Origin: Eledone cirrhosa
Lineage: Eukaryota
Assembly: GCA_964016885.1 (NCBI GenBank)
Contig: OZ024740.1
Location: 377,828,001-377,892,000, forward strand
DNA length: 64,000 bases
Reading direction: 5' to 3'
In this document: in pieces, positions 38,828 to 53,619 of the stretch
Layout: every line of letters begins with the position of its first letter
How positions within the stretch are numbered: the first letter of the stretch is position 1
Notes under the pieces: model-generated
Seen by the model: only the letters and a program-made list of their open reading frames with translations
Told to the model about the DNA's origin: nothing
Databases searched by the model: none
Translations under genes and position numbers: made by a program

Positions 38828-39791
38828 CCTATTATAATTTGTGTGTTGATAGGTAAGGTTGTATTTCATAAATTGTAAGTTTTTCTATAAAGTGTGCTTG
38901 ATCCTATGACTTCAATGCTTGAATGCCTATCACAATTTAAAAACCTTTCAATTTTATATATTTGTTTAATAATCATTCTCTAAAATGAAAGGTTATTCTT
39001 TACTTTTTGCTTAAAAAGCAATATTTCTTCCACTATACAAAATTTTCAAATTGGAATGTCTTCTCTTCCTCCCCCTCATCCCTTCTGTAGCTTAGGACAG
39101 TGATGTCAACATTTCAGAATGGTACAATATTTGGTGTGAACTAATCAGTACATCTATCCTAAATGAAGTGTGAGTAATAGTTTATGTATGTTGGTACCTC
39201 ATGACACTGAGTAAATGTTAAAAATGAATAGGAATGTTCTTTTATAAGGTGCTGCTAAAAGGGATGGATATAAAGAGAATAAGGACAGCCAATCTCAAAT
39301 TGGTGAAATTTGAGGTGTAGATAGGGCAATAAAATTTTAGTTTTGAAATGAAAGTGGTAAATGAATTTAGATTAGATAAGAATAAGGATTAAATTTTTTT
39401 TTTTTCAATTGAAAATATTTTTTGAATATTTCTTATAAAAGCTCAAATTAGAACTCCATAAATTATAAAGTGATGATATTAAAAGAATATAAATGTTTAG
39501 TATTAAAAGATCGTAACTTGAACTATGTTTTTCTGTGATGAAGCATTTATTAACAGGATTAATTCCTTTCTAATGGCTTACATTTTGTATGACATTTTCA
39601 AAATCTGCCTAAAATTAAATACCATTCTGACACAAACATAAGAAGGAACCTGTGGGTGGTTGCAGGACTTGCTAGAAATAACTATCAACTGTCTTTAAAA
39701 AGAAAGACACATTTGATGATGTAATCCTAGATACCTTATAATTGAAAAAAAAAAAAAAAAAAATGATCGCTGCTCTATCTAACATGTTTAA

Positions 39792-40196
39792 CTCTTTAGC
39801 ATTTACATTACTCTATATATATACTATTGTATTTTTGTGGTAAAAGCTTTATCTCACATAATATTGAATCTATGAGATACTGATGTTATTTATTTTGAGA
39901 ACAATACTTTATCTTAAGTATGAGTGGCCAGTTACAGCCGGTTTGAACAGAAAGAGGTGAGAGAACTTTGGCCAGATACGGCCGGTTTAAATGCCATATC
40001 CGGCCAGAATTCTCTCACCTCTTTCTGTTCAAACCAACCATAATTGGCCACTCATACTGATGTTAAGGTATTGTTCACAAAATAAATAATATCAAAATCT
40101 CATAGCTTTGATATTATGCGAAATATTTATGTGAAGTAAAAGCCTTTACTGTAAAAATACAATAGTAAATATAGAGTAATTGTAAATGCTAAAGGG
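39792..40196. mobile_element. Palindromic composite of two family A MITEs fused tail-to-tail
   Basis: TTAA-CTCTTTAGCATTTACA...TGTAAATGCTAAAGGG-TTAA; junction ~39995. Confidence 0.85.
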
Positions 40197-40969
40197 TTAA
40201 ATGTTTAAATGAGTTATAACCAGTACTAATGGAAACAAAATTTCAACTATTAGCCTTTTGTATCCCCCCCCCCCCCTTTTTATTTCTTAACAGTATTTAA
40301 CCATTGGTTTGTAAACTCTAAAAGATCAATTAATTCAGCTCTCAATTACACCTTGATTTACAATGCTCTCTTATTTTTATTTATTTCATGCATCTTTAAA
40401 TTCAAATTGATTGATGTAGGGGTTTGTTACCTATTAGTTTCACATAGATTAATCTCCATCTGTTCTCTTGAACTTTTGTATCACCTTTCTATGTAACCTC
40501 ATACTTCTCACTTTTTTTCACTGTTTAGTAACTTTACATGAATAAGTACCTCATTAGGTCCAGGCTGGCTTCCACTACTTGTCTTTACACTATGATTGTA
40601 TACATACATTAACAAATTCTATTATTTCAATACATCTTTGTCGTTAAGTGTCACAATTATAATAACTACAAATTCAATACCTTCACAATTCTAATTACAA
40701 TAATTTGATTGATCACTTCCATGTCTCATATATTCATTATTTCAGCTTGTTGAAAATAAATTTCATTAATAATTTATTTGTAAACAAAATTTTGGAATGT
40801 CTTTCTGACATTCAAAACATTTTAAAGATAAACAAGCATAACTGAGAGAAGGAGACAATAGTAAAGCAAGTTCTCAGATTCTGGTGTCATAAACTGTCTA
40901 CCTTATATGAAAAGCTAGTATATGGTTTGAACTAATATTTCTTTCTACTACCAATGACAGAGGGAGAAA

Positions 40970-40973
<4 letters not shown>

Positions 40974-41059
<86 letters not shown>
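40974..41059. repeat. (TA)n(GA)n microsatellite
   Basis: Seen directly. Confidence 0.95.
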
Positions 41060-41331
41060 CACACAAAGCAGGCTTTGTTTACAAACGGCTATCGAATTTG
41101 AAAATTAGGTAGTAACATGTGCTTACGCCATATTTGACTAAATAGAGTTAGTCTGTTAGTTGCGATTTAAAAAAAAACCCTCTGAATGGAAAAAAGGATG
41201 ATTATTGACGTACATGGGACATGAACCCGCATCTTTGGTTTGCCAGACCAAACCAAAACACAGTCTTTTTTAATCTTAAACTATATATATATAGTTTAAG
41301 ATTAAAACCACAGACCCTCCATCTCAACTCA

Positions 41332-41369
41332 CCTTTTGAAAAGAAGAAGAACTGCGAAACCGGTAAAGG
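41332..41369 (+). ncRNA. Decayed hammerhead (PLE type)
   Basis: CCTT-TTGAAAA-...CTGC-GAAA-CCG-GTA-AAGG: stem I CCTT/AAGG and palindromic ACCGGT stem III intact, CUGANGA core mutated. Confidence 0.5.
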
Positions 41370-41500
41370 AACCAAATAAATATATATATTTTAAAAAAAA
41401 ATAAGACTTCAGTTGCATTTTCGATTTCATCTCTTTTTCTTTATACTTTCACTCGTGTAGGACACCTCGGTTATTTTTCATTTTGTAAAAAAAACCTCAC

Positions 41501-41551
<51 letters not shown>

Positions 41552-44257
41552 CACTCTTTATGTTGACAGTTCAAATTCCGTCGAAGTTAGCTTTGCTTTC
41601 ATCCTTACTGGGTCGATAAAATAAAGCACCAGTAATGCACTGGTGTCGATTTAATCGACTTTCCCCTCCCCTTCAAATTGCTAGCCTTGTGTCTAAAGTA
41701 GACACAATTATTATTAATGATCTATATACTATAATAGTACTATAATAACTGTACTGCTTTTTGTCATCTGTCATGCGAATGCTATGATGTCAAAATCAAA
41801 AATGTTATAAAATTTTTATTTAGAATTCATAGAACATAAATACAAGACAAACAGGAAGTGGGGGTAGGATGCATGTCCTAAATGTTCTAAAATGCTTTCA
41901 TCTATACCAGAAATGGGCATTCTCAGTCAACAGCTTGTCTATCTGTCTGTCTTCTCTTTATATCTATTACATGTATCTGCTTTAATGTGGGCACACTGTA
42001 TCCCGGTATGTGTCGTCAACAGCGACTAGAAGGGCATCCAGCTGTAAAACATTGCCTCAAAATATCCTGTCCAGCCCATGCCAGCATGGAAAAGTCAATG
42101 TAAAAACGATGATGATGATGATATGAAGAAACCAAGGGTTACTTATTCTGTCCATAAAACAATGGGTTATATACTAGTATAGTAATAATAAATCTGCAGG
42201 CAAGTTTCAGCATAGAACGCTTTTTCACAGTAGTTTTTTCTGGTCTTACATTCAAAGTAAAATTATATTTTACTTTGAATGGTAACAGAAAGAACTCTCA
42301 GTACTATGATAAATATTTATACTCTGCTTCTTTGAGTGCTTCCCCTATTTTGTAGCCCCCCCCCCCCCCCCCCCCCCAACCAACCAAAGAAAGAAAGAAA
42401 GAAACGTGTGTGTGTTTTAATACTAGTTTGTTGATTCGCTGATCATTGTGAAACATTCAAACTTCTATTTCCCACAAAAATCTTTATTCAATAATTGAAC
42501 TAAGTTCTCTCTTTCTTTGAAATAGTAGTACATAGTATACCTTAATTACTCACACACGCACATGGATGCATTTATTCATAAATCCTTATTGATTTCTTTC
42601 CATGTTGAATCTGATGAAAGAAGAAAACTATCAAAAATAAATACTTAACATTGACCTTTCCTTATGATTTCATTATGACTGTATTATCATGGCTCTCCTT
42701 TGATGTTATATCTTACTCATCATCCTCACTTAAGTACTGTCTATCAACGCCCTCATTCTGTCCAAACTTATATAGTCTAAATGTGTTGGAATTTCTATCT
42801 CACTGAATGATTAATAATACCAGCTCCATGAAGCAAATTTGCTAACCTTGTTGAAATGCCTAATTCCCAACCATCATAGCCTTTCAGCAGGTGTAACAGT
42901 TTTGGTAATTACAGCTTTAATGCCAAAATGTCAGCATACCTGTTAAGCACTTGTAGTAATTTTTATTTATTTATTTATTTTATTTTTTATTCTTTACTTA
43001 ACATGCCTCCTGCCATATGTCTCTCAGCTATTTCAAAAATGCTTTCATAAAATAGGTATTTGAACTCAATTACCTTCTTAAGGATAATTTTCATCTAGTG
43101 TTGATATTTATTTTTAGTTGTTTTTTGGGGGGCTTTTTTTATATACAGAATTTAATATAGTTACAAACACAAACTATAAACAATATAGAAAGAGTTTAAT
43201 ATGATTTCTTTATCTGGGGCAGTAAGTAACAGAATTAGTAGAGCAACAGATAAAATTCTTTGTGGTATCCAGTTACATGCTTTTACATGCTGAGACTTGC
43301 TTAAAATTTTCATTTCTCTAGTGTCAATAAATATAAGTACCAGTCAAGTGCTGGGATCAATATAATCAACTATAATCTTCTCCTTCAAATTTGTGGCCTT
43401 GTGCCTATCTTAGAAATCAATGATTGCTTTATTTAAAGTTTTCACAGTATTTCAATATATGAAAACACTCCAATTTAACTATAAATACCTTTATAGGGAT
43501 TGTATAATAAATTCATATTTAATGGTATATTAATTACCAAATTTCATATATCCTCATATTAGTTTGAGGTTTTAGGATTTTTAAATAGCAGAAGCATTAA
43601 AGTGCTGGACAACTTTCTTTTTGATATTTAAAATCATATATTTACATTCTTCAAGATTTATAAAATAACTAGCAGTAATGTACTGAGGTCCACTAAATCA
43701 ACTGTCCCTCTCTTATGTGTTTATTGTCCTGTATGAAAGTAGGAAACCATTGTTTATCTAACATCATAAGGCCTTCACAGAGTGAATGCATGTGGCCTGG
43801 TGGTTTGGGTGTTAAACTCACAATTAGGTCGTGGGTTCAATTCCTGGACTTTGCAAGTCCATTTTGTTCATAAGCAAGACACTTCATTTCACGATGCTTT
43901 TCGTAAGATTGGGTCGCCTGTCATAAAAACACTTAAATTTTCTATGATATACAACCCTCGTAGAAGGCCAACTAAACCTGCATAGGGAAGAGCTATAAAT
44001 TTCATTTTTCCATAACATCAAAGATTGTCTAACATCTAGCGTTCAGTTATGCTGTAATTGAACTTGCTACAATGTTTTTAAATTTAGCTTTTCCTAACTC
44101 TGCTTACACTCTAATTTTGCAAATATTTTTGTAGATTCATTTGCTGAGGAACTATGCTGTACTTCAAACAATAAGTTTTTTTTTTTTTTTTTCTTAGTTA
44201 ACAATGCATTGTTTTCTCTTTTAAAGCTTAATGAATAGTTTAAAAAACACACACACA

Positions 44258-44306
<49 letters not shown>

Positions 44307-46188
44307 ATAATTCTATATAAGCAAGGCACAGTCACTCGACCAATCTTGCCTCAAGTGGGACAATTCCCATCTAACCCATGCTAGTGTGGAAGATAGACGT
44401 TAAACGATAATGATGAATCCTATGTGGACAAAGCCTTCCGGTAATTTTACACTAAAGGAAACGAAATCATTTAAACAAGAAACAAAAAAATAGATATAAA
44501 ACAAGAATGTAACTATCTAAAATTCTGTCAAAACATCTAAATCTCAAATGATAAAAAAAATTGTGTGTGTATGATCAGTTCATATTTTCAGCATAAAAAT
44601 TATAAATATTAAGATATATTTTTTATTATTAAGATATATTTTTTATTATTAAGTTTAAAATAAGCTGAAATTGTCTTCACTTAGCATGTACATAAACACT
44701 CCTGCATGTTTAAAACCTGATATAAATACTTCTGAATTTAGGTTTGGTTTCCTGGGAATTAAGCAACTATGCTCTAGGATTGCCCTATTAGGAATTGGTT
44801 ATTAAGGTTTGGTCTCTTGGGAAGTAGGTAAACACAATTATTTAAAGAGTTACAAAGGCTGGGTCTTTGGTAATTAAATATTTGTTTATTCATTTTTGTT
44901 TTAATATTTGAGTTAAGCACATCTTTTGTATCTATAATTTTGATATTTTTTATAAGTTTTCTTAGCTTTAACTTTAAATGCTTTAACTGCTTTTGACTAG
45001 AAAATACACCTGTGGAAGAAAGCATCTCAACAAAACAACACTGGTAGAATTAACAATGTAGTTTTAGATAAGGTGGTCAGTTAAATCAACTATTCTCTTG
45101 CTCTAAAAGTTGTGCCTGTGTTCATCACTAGAGTGCCAAACAAAATGTTTTGCAGCATTTGTTTTGGCTGTTTAAATTCCAAGTTCAAATTCCCTGAGGT
45201 CAACCTTACCTTCCATCATTCTGGAATTGATAGAGTAATGTACCAGTCAAGTAAAAGTGTTGATCTAATCAATTGTACTCTGTCTGCCACACCCCCTCAA
45301 TTGTTGATCATCATCATCATCGCTTAACATCCATTTTTCTATGCTGGCATGGGTTAGGCAAGTTATTCTGTTGTGAGCAATGCTAGGTCAGGTGACCATG
45401 TCTTACTCATACAGACATGGTCCTGTTTCTAAATTAGAAACTATTATTATTAGTTAGTTTGTTTGTTTAATCATTAGCTGTTCAATTTCACCTTTGTAAT
45501 TAGTTATATTTTAATAAAGTTAAGTATCAATTGCAGACCAATATTAGATTCTCATAACTGAATCTCAACATCACGTTGTTGTGTCATTCTAGCTTTTCAG
45601 ACTATGTTGTTGCTATTGGATAAATTTTACAACTATTGATTCATCTCAAATATGAAATATCTTTTACGTTACTCATCACATAGAAAGAATTTCCAGTTAG
45701 GCATTTTATGGCTGTGTCCAGCACATCTTGTCCTCCGCACTGTTTCAATTAATGTAGAAAATAATGAAGTGTTCAGGAAGACTTGGTAAAATAACTAAGA
45801 TATTCAGGTAGTCTCAGGCAGGTTCATATCAAAAGGATTTAAACATTGTTTTAAATCTGTTCTTTGCTGTAATTTTCAGAACTGCATAACATTTTTATTT
45901 GTAAAACCCATAAAAATAAAATGTACATTCTGTAAAGTGGTTAGCATTTGAACAGAGACAGTATAGGGTTGAGAGGACCCTTTAGTGCTGGTGGTATGAG
46001 AAAGTGCACTCAGTACACTCTGTAAAATGTTTGATGTTAGAAGCATTGGAATCAAAAATAGAATATGCAAGTTAATTGTGATCCTCTGACCTGTCTATGA
46101 AGGCATTAATTCTAAGAAAAACTGACTCGAACTGTGTCAACCCATCCAATTCATAAAAATAAAGAAAAATGGTGATGTAATATTTTAA

Positions 46189-46532
46189 CCCTTTTTATAC
46201 CAATCTGCCTGAAATCACCCATGGTTCTATGATACTGAGCTATTTATATTTATCTAAAAACCTATCATAATTTTTTTATAAGAACCTGTGTTAAGTTATA
46301 TCCCAAACAACAGTTTAATAATTGTTTCTACTTTTGGCACAAAGCCAGCAATTATCCCAGTGTATTACTGGTACTTTATTTTATCGACCCCGTAAGGATG
46401 AAAGGCAAAGTTAACCTCGGCGAGATTTAATGAGAGTTAATTATGTTACAAATCATTCTAAGTTCTTGATTATTTTAAATTATTTAAAAACCATAGGCAA
46501 CGTATTTCAATAGAAATATAGTAACAAAAGGG
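46189..46532 (+). mobile_element. piggyBac-type MITE family B with an inserted SINE fragment (~46317-46428)
   Basis: TTAA-CCCTTTTTATACCA...GTAACAAAAGGG-TTAA; related remnants at ~18115, ~25600-25930, ~50670, ~54260 and ~55640. Confidence 0.7.
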
Positions 46533-49500
46533 TTAATGTGTGCTGAATTAAGGTATGTTGATAAGGAATGTGATTTTAATATCATATAATGTTAATGGAT
46601 TAATAAAATAAACTAAATCCAAATAACAAAACAACCAAAAACATATTTCCATTATACTGCACACAAAATAAAATAAATTTTAAAAAGACAATTCTAACAC
46701 AAAGATTATGTTGATTGGATAATTTAAACAAATTCAAATTGTTTAAATTAACAATTTCTCTGATATAGATTTGATTAATCAATAATTGCTCAATCATTTT
46801 AATTGGCAGAAACCAATCCTAATAGGTTGAAAAAAAAGTCCATCTTCAAATAAACATTTCCTTCAAAACTTCCTCCCCAATCTCGATCTACACTCCTCTA
46901 TCTCTCTCTGTCCTCAAACTCCCATTCTCTTTCTATCTCCAAACACCCATGTTCTCTCTCACTTCCTTTCTTTCTCTCTTTCCCTCTCTCTCTCTTTGCA
47001 CTTTCCTTCTTTTTATACATTTCCATTCTCTCTCTCTCCATCTTATTCTCAGTATGTTTTGTTTTCAACTTTTCGTTGATAGATAGCTTGGTTTCATAGT
47101 TTTACAAAATTAGTTATATTCCTACATTGTTGGCACAGGATGTCCCACATCCTGCTACTCACATAATTTAGAAGAATGTGAGTGAAATTTGGTGGACAGG
47201 AGTCTGCCATATATACATATGTAGTCATCGTTTAATGGCCTCTTTCCCTGCTAAAAGTTGGATGGGTCTACCTAGACCTAGTTGGTACTGAAGTTGATCT
47301 ACTGACTTCTCAGACTGACCAAGAGGGTCTGCATCTCACTTATATACAGTCTTACATTCTCTCGAGTGCACAGGGGTGGTTGTCAAGTCTTTGACACAAC
47401 TGAAGGATCCTTGCAACCCTTTGTTTGGCATGATTCTACATCTTGATACGCTTCCTATCACCTGTGTGTGTGTGTGTGTGTGTCTGTATTGGTTTGTTTT
47501 ATAACTTTTCAGTGTGACAAAAGAGATTGATAAAATAAGTGCATGTTGTCCCTGTATGGCCACACAATGAAACCGGTAAAAGATATAGATCTTCAATTAT
47601 ACAATTAATTTGATTAAATTCTTACACTATAGTCCTACAATTAACTGGCCTAATATCCTAAAATTGTGATCCCAGGTAGAAATAAAATGGCCTAAACTCT
47701 TACACTGTGATCTTAATCATGGTGAAAATATAATCTAAATGATTTTTAGACTTTTTTTGTTTAATAATATTTCTTATGGGTGACAAAGAATCACAAGCTC
47801 TTCATTGTAAAAACAAGAGATAACTTAAGATGTCTAGTTTATTCACTAGTGGATTTTGTGTTGATTAGGATTATCTATGATTGAAAGATTCATTTATATC
47901 TTAATCCACCTCACTAAACACTATAGAGAAAATGGGAGTAAATCTATAGTTTGTATCCTTGACCTTTCACTTGATAGCAAGTGGCTGCTAAAGTTCACCA
48001 AATGTTAATCAATCACAGCCATAGAGTACAATAATTATGAATTAGTATCATATGAATGTACCTTTCATGCTGGAACATGTGGTCTATGAGTTTGAGTTGT
48101 CACTTTAAGCTGACAAGTGATTCTATTAGTGATTTATAGATAAAAATAAATACTTTTTTACTTTTCATCCATGTCAAATACAGTATTCACAAGCCACATT
48201 TATACTCACTTAATCTGTTTGCATGTTCATCAATATATTTTTTTTAAGCTTTTTTTTTTTTTATTTATCTAAAAGTCTTCTAAAGACAATTGATTTTGTA
48301 AGTAAAAAATCTGGATATTCAAATTTATTATTGAACAAATTTTAGTCTTTGCCACATGATTTACTGTGAATGAAACCAGATTTGCTGTGAATGAAACCAG
48401 TTTAGGTGAAGCTGTTAGGTGGTCTTAATTCTCAGTGTATTGGATTGTGTGATTAAGCTAAAGATTCTAAGCTTTTAAATATAGAAAATTCAAAATTATT
48501 TATAAATAGTGAAGTGCTTACATACCTAATGTATTAAGCACAATAACTTTAATTAATTTAGATTATACCTGTATTAAGGAGAGGTTAGCGTTGTTGAGCA
48601 GCACAGCACAAACAAAGGCAAGAACAACACAACCAAATTTTTCTTTAATAAATAGGAAATAGGTAATGTGGTAGTTTCATTCCTATGTTCCAAGTTCAAA
48701 TCTATATTCCTTTTTATTAATTTATTTGACTATATGTTGGGCATATGAATAATGATTGCTGGGTGAAGAAGTGCTAAGAAATCCCAGTGGAAGGAAGCTG
48801 CAGTTGAGGAAGACCTGAGCAAAGGTGGTGAGAGGTGATCTCAATGAGTGAAGGGGTGCTGTGCTGTAAAAGACACACCCAAGCCATTCAAGCATGGAAA
48901 AGCAGACATAAAGTGGTGGTGGTGATATTGTTGTTGCTGATAAGGAAATTTGATTTGAGCCTAAGAAGTCAATTTCAAGAAAATATCTGAGGTCATGAAT
49001 GTGAGAAAAACAATAATCTTAGATTGGCTTTGATTATGATATATAACCGTTTCAATTTTATTAATACATCTGTCAAATTAACTAAAGCTGCCCATCTAGT
49101 GTCATACTTAATATCTAGAATTATCTAAGATTATGGTAAACATTGAAAACATTTCTTTGAGATAATTGATTTGTTGAATTATACCATGAACAATTATCTT
49201 AATTCTTTTTTACTCTAATAGTTGAAGTCAGTTTTGATGTTTTATATAGGTGGGAAATGAGATTGGTTGACATGTATTCTCTTGTTGGAGAATGTGCCTC
49301 AATAAAATGTACCAGTACACTCTGTCATTCGCCAACTACTTTACAATGTAAGGATGAGAGGACATCTTAGTCTTGCTCAAAATGTTAACAACCCCTCTAG
49401 TGTTGGTGCCATGTTAAAATGTATCCTGTGTTCTCTGTAAAGAGTTGGTGTTGAGGTATCCATCCAGAGAAACTATGCCAGACATGGTCTTCTGACCTGT

Positions 49501-50366
49501 CTAGGAGGGTAGTGTCTCTGAATAAGAACCAGCATGTAGAATGGATATAAAAAGTTGATGATAATGATGATACAGTAAAATAGCTATTAAAACTTGGTTT
49601 TAAACTTAGATCACCATGGTACTAATCTGCCAAACTTTAATGTACTATTTAAATATTACTGCAATTTTTTTTTTTTTTTTTTAACTACATCTTTCTTTTG
49701 CTTAGCTTGTAGCTCTCTTAAGAATTAGCTTTACATTCTTACATGTTTCTCAATATAAGCAGTTGCAAGCCATTCTTGTAGTAACTATTTAAGTGAGTTT
49801 CACCATAATCAACATTTTACATTCATTTTTCCATGGATTAGATGGATCATTTCAGACAACATTAGTACTTAATTAGTGCCACTCTGATCTTAGACTGACC
49901 AGGGGCTATATCTCGTACAGGCCCCAATTGGCTTGAAGGTAATATGCTTTACAATGATCATCATCATCCTTTTTACAGTTGTTTCTTCATGCTTGCATAT
50001 GCAGGGTGGCTCTTTTCCAGCACTGCCTCCTCTCACATATTCCATTCCCTTGTCATCTCCTCCATGAGGTTCAGTATTTTGAGATCTGCTCTGATAGAAA
50101 ACAGAATTATATTTTAACTGATAAAACCAATATTGTTTCCTAAACTGAAACAAGAAGGAGGATAAGGAATCAAAGAAATAGTAAAAATGTGATATTGAAA
50201 TTCAATTTAAAAAACAAATAATTGAAACTCACACAAATTAACTTTAGAAAAATATATTGTTTCTTATTTCAATTGTTCATGGTAATATTTGAAATAGCTA
50301 ATATTCCATTGGTAACAGATCATTTTCTAAATATATTATTACATTGAAATATATTATTACATTGAA

Positions 50367-50553
50367 TAGGGCAGTGAATTGGCAGTATTAGTAGAGGGTT
50401 GGACGCTATGCTTTCTAGCATAGTTACGTCCCTTTACAGTCTGGGTTCAAATCTCGCCGAGGTTAACTTTGCCTTTCATCCTTACGGGGTCGATAAAATA
50501 AAGTACCAGTAATGTACTGGGTAATTGCTGGCCTTGTGCCTAAAGTAGAAACA
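50367..50553 (+). mobile_element. Full-length young SINE family 1
   Basis: TSD ATTATTACATTGAA on both sides. Confidence 0.85.
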
Positions 50554-52292
50554 ATTATTACATTGAAACATTTTGTATTGTTTGAGTAAATGTAAATATG
50601 ATCAACAGCCTCAAGTGGACAATCAGAATTGTGACTTAGCACTCGTTTTGCCATTTCATTATCATATTTCTCATGAAATATATTACGTAGGTTTTTCACT
50701 TAATTTTAAAATAATCGAACATTTGGAGGAATTTAATAAAATGACTAACCTTTTTGTTTGTAAACTGATATTTAGAACATTACTTAACAAAAATTTATTA
50801 TGCAAAATTTATGATGGAAGGTTTTAATATAAGTTTAAAGGATTTAAAATGGGCAATTTTCTATCATAAGACCATGCCAGTTTCAGGCAGATTGATATCA
50901 AATGTGTTAAGCAAATAAAAGATGAATCTTACTCTAAATAGAATGCCAGTCTGTTGCTAAAAACTTAGTTTTTTTTCCCCAGTTCCCATCTGTTTTATCA
51001 TTTGTTCTGCTGTCTGGAAAAGAGCCTTGTTTGTTAATATAGTATTGAAAGGTAATTTTGTTTATTTCCTATATCCAGTCTATTACTGTTGTTCTAGCTG
51101 TGGTTGCCCCAATAGAATTTCAGTGATGTAATACAAGTTGAAATGGAAGAATAGCTTGAACTGAAATGGATTTCAGATTTGAAACTTCCAGGAAGAACTT
51201 GTCCGTGGGGCATATTTGGTAGAGCAATTTGCATTACATATTAAATATGGTTCCACATTAGTTCCGCCTTGAAAATGCTTCTCCATGCTAGTTCCTTTTC
51301 TCTACCCAAAGGTGACATATTTCCTTTACTTTTGTATTTGTAAATGGTACTTATTATTTCTTAGAAATGTGTGTACTAAAAGTATATTTTTTGGCATGAA
51401 TATTTAGTTGTTTTTTGTTTTTTTTTATCTGAGTAATAGTCTTTTCTACTGTCTGAATGTTATTAGAGATTTTAAAATAAGTTTAATTTATAAGTACTTT
51501 TCAAAATATTTGAAGTATTAAGGCTTTCTTTTATATTCGTTTACATCTTTTATTATTATCATTATATATACTTTACTGTATGTTACCAAAATTAGTTACT
51601 ATAAATGGAAATACTTATTTCAATTTATACTGTTTATAAGAGAAAGAAAAGAAAATTTGTTATTAAATTTAGATTCTCCCAACCTCTCTCAGTAAAAGAC
51701 TTCAATTTTTTTCTTTTTGTTTTTTTTTATGATATACATAAATCAAGAGATTTTTCAAATACCTCAGCACTTCTTTCAATTTGTTTTATTGATCTGTATT
51801 TAATGGTTAAATTGCCTTATTTTGTTTTGTTTTATTTTGTTTTTTCAGCCATCACCATCATTTTAGATTTATTTTTCCAAGTCTACATGGGTTGGGCAGA
51901 TTGCTATAGTTCATGTCATATTGTACACTAAACAGCATATAAAAACTTTGATGCTGTGTCTGTCTTACAGTGAGGATTAGGTGCACTTTCTCATGCTATC
52001 AGCATTCCAGGGGTTGTCTCATTTGGGATGATTAACCCTTTTGTTACCATATTTCTAATGACATACATGATTTACAAACAGTTGTTAAGACTATTGTCTT
52101 GTCTTTTATCCATTTGTTACTGTCCCTTGTGCACTAGAGCCAGTTGTATCAACCTTAAAGCACCGAAACAACGTATCTCTAGCCTGTTGAGAAGAGACTA
52201 CTGTCTGTATTCATTCATTTTCCTGTCTTCACCTATATTTTTTATTCATTTATATGTTTTTAGTCACGCAGGACTCTTTTTTTTTTTTTTTC

Positions 52293-52323
<31 letters not shown>

Positions 52324-52339
52324 ATACATAAATACATAA

Positions 52340-52834
52340 ACGGAGAAAGCTAATAGCGATACTCCGGCCAAATTCTATATATATAGTTGTTATATAGTAA
52401 GGTGTATTATTGGTTGTGTCAAACGGTCCAATAAAATTTTTGTTAGCAATATTAAGTTCTCCACGCTTTTGTATATCTCCACGCTTTTGTATATCTCCAC
52501 GCTTTTGTATATCTCCAATTCCATTTATGGGAACAGCTAGATGATGTAAAACGGAGTATTTGTATCAAAATAAAGATCCGAAGGCATGGTATAAATTTCC
52601 AATCATTTCAATCACGACACATGTTTCAATAAGAGATAGATCGATCGTGTAGCCATGATCGATTATCACTGATCTCGTCAGGTGAAAATGAATTGTCTTC
52701 AAATCCTTGAAAATTAACGGTGTTCACTCAGAGTTTAGTCCTTAAACTCTGTGAGTGAACACCGTTAATTTTCGATGTGTCGTGATTGAAATGATTGGAA
52801 ATTTATACCATGCCTTCGGATCTTTATTTTGATA
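52340..52834 (-). mobile_element. Penelope-like pseudo-LTR remnant with nested inverted repeats, between (TA)n tracts
   Basis: Hammerhead at 52612-52685, 60-bp inverted arms 52563-52622 / 52775-52834, inner hairpin 52709-52773 and an 18 bp x3 tandem at 52458-52517. Confidence 0.6.
52612..52685 (-). ncRNA. Type I hammerhead ribozyme with extended stem II
   Basis: Minus strand TCAC-CTGACGA-[47-nt hairpin]-GAAA-C(ATGT)-GTC-GTGA with palindromic ACATGT in stem III. Confidence 0.7.
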
Positions 52835-53223
52835 TATATATATATTAGAAATATTGAAATCCAAACACAGATTCATTACAATGATCTTAGTGTTAGAAAA
52901 TCAGGTAAAATACAGAAATGCAAGTGTCCAGCAGCCACTACAGAGAATCAAACTCTATATCTATTGAATTCCGGCCAAGTGAGTAACCTTTATGCCAAAT
53001 GGCAGCTAACAACTGACTCTGTCCAAATCAGGAACTATATACAATAGCTTTAGCAACTAGAACTCTATATATATAATGGTAATGGCTAACGTTATGCATT
53101 TTTATTGAGGGGATTGAAGAAGGTACGATTCCTCAGTGATTGACCAGTTTCATATAAGTTGTGAATAATCAGATGGTGAGAGTTATGGAAATACCAGTTA
53201 ATATGTATAGACTATTGGCTTAT

Positions 53224-53278
<55 letters not shown>

Positions 53279-53398
53279 TTGGGTGTGGTTTGAAAACTTA
53301 ATATATGAAATGTGATATTTGGTTTAAGGTTGAGGGGTGGTGGTAATGTTTAGATAGTGTATTGTTTTCTTTAAAAAAAAAGTGTTTGGAATAGTTAA

Positions 53399-53619
53399 CC
53401 CTTTAGCATTCACATTACTCTATATCTATTATTGTATTTTATTGGTAAAGGTTTAATCTTACATAATTATCTCGCATAATATCGAATCTATGAGATTTTG
53501 ATATTATTTATTTTGAGAGCAATACCTAAAAGTCGCCATGAGGGGCCAGCTACGGTTGGTTTGAACAGAAAGCGATGAGAGAATTCTGGCCGGATATAAC
53601 CTGTTTATATGCTAAAGGG
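53399..53619 (+). mobile_element. piggyBac-type MITE family A
   Basis: TTAA TSD and TIRs. Confidence 0.85.
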
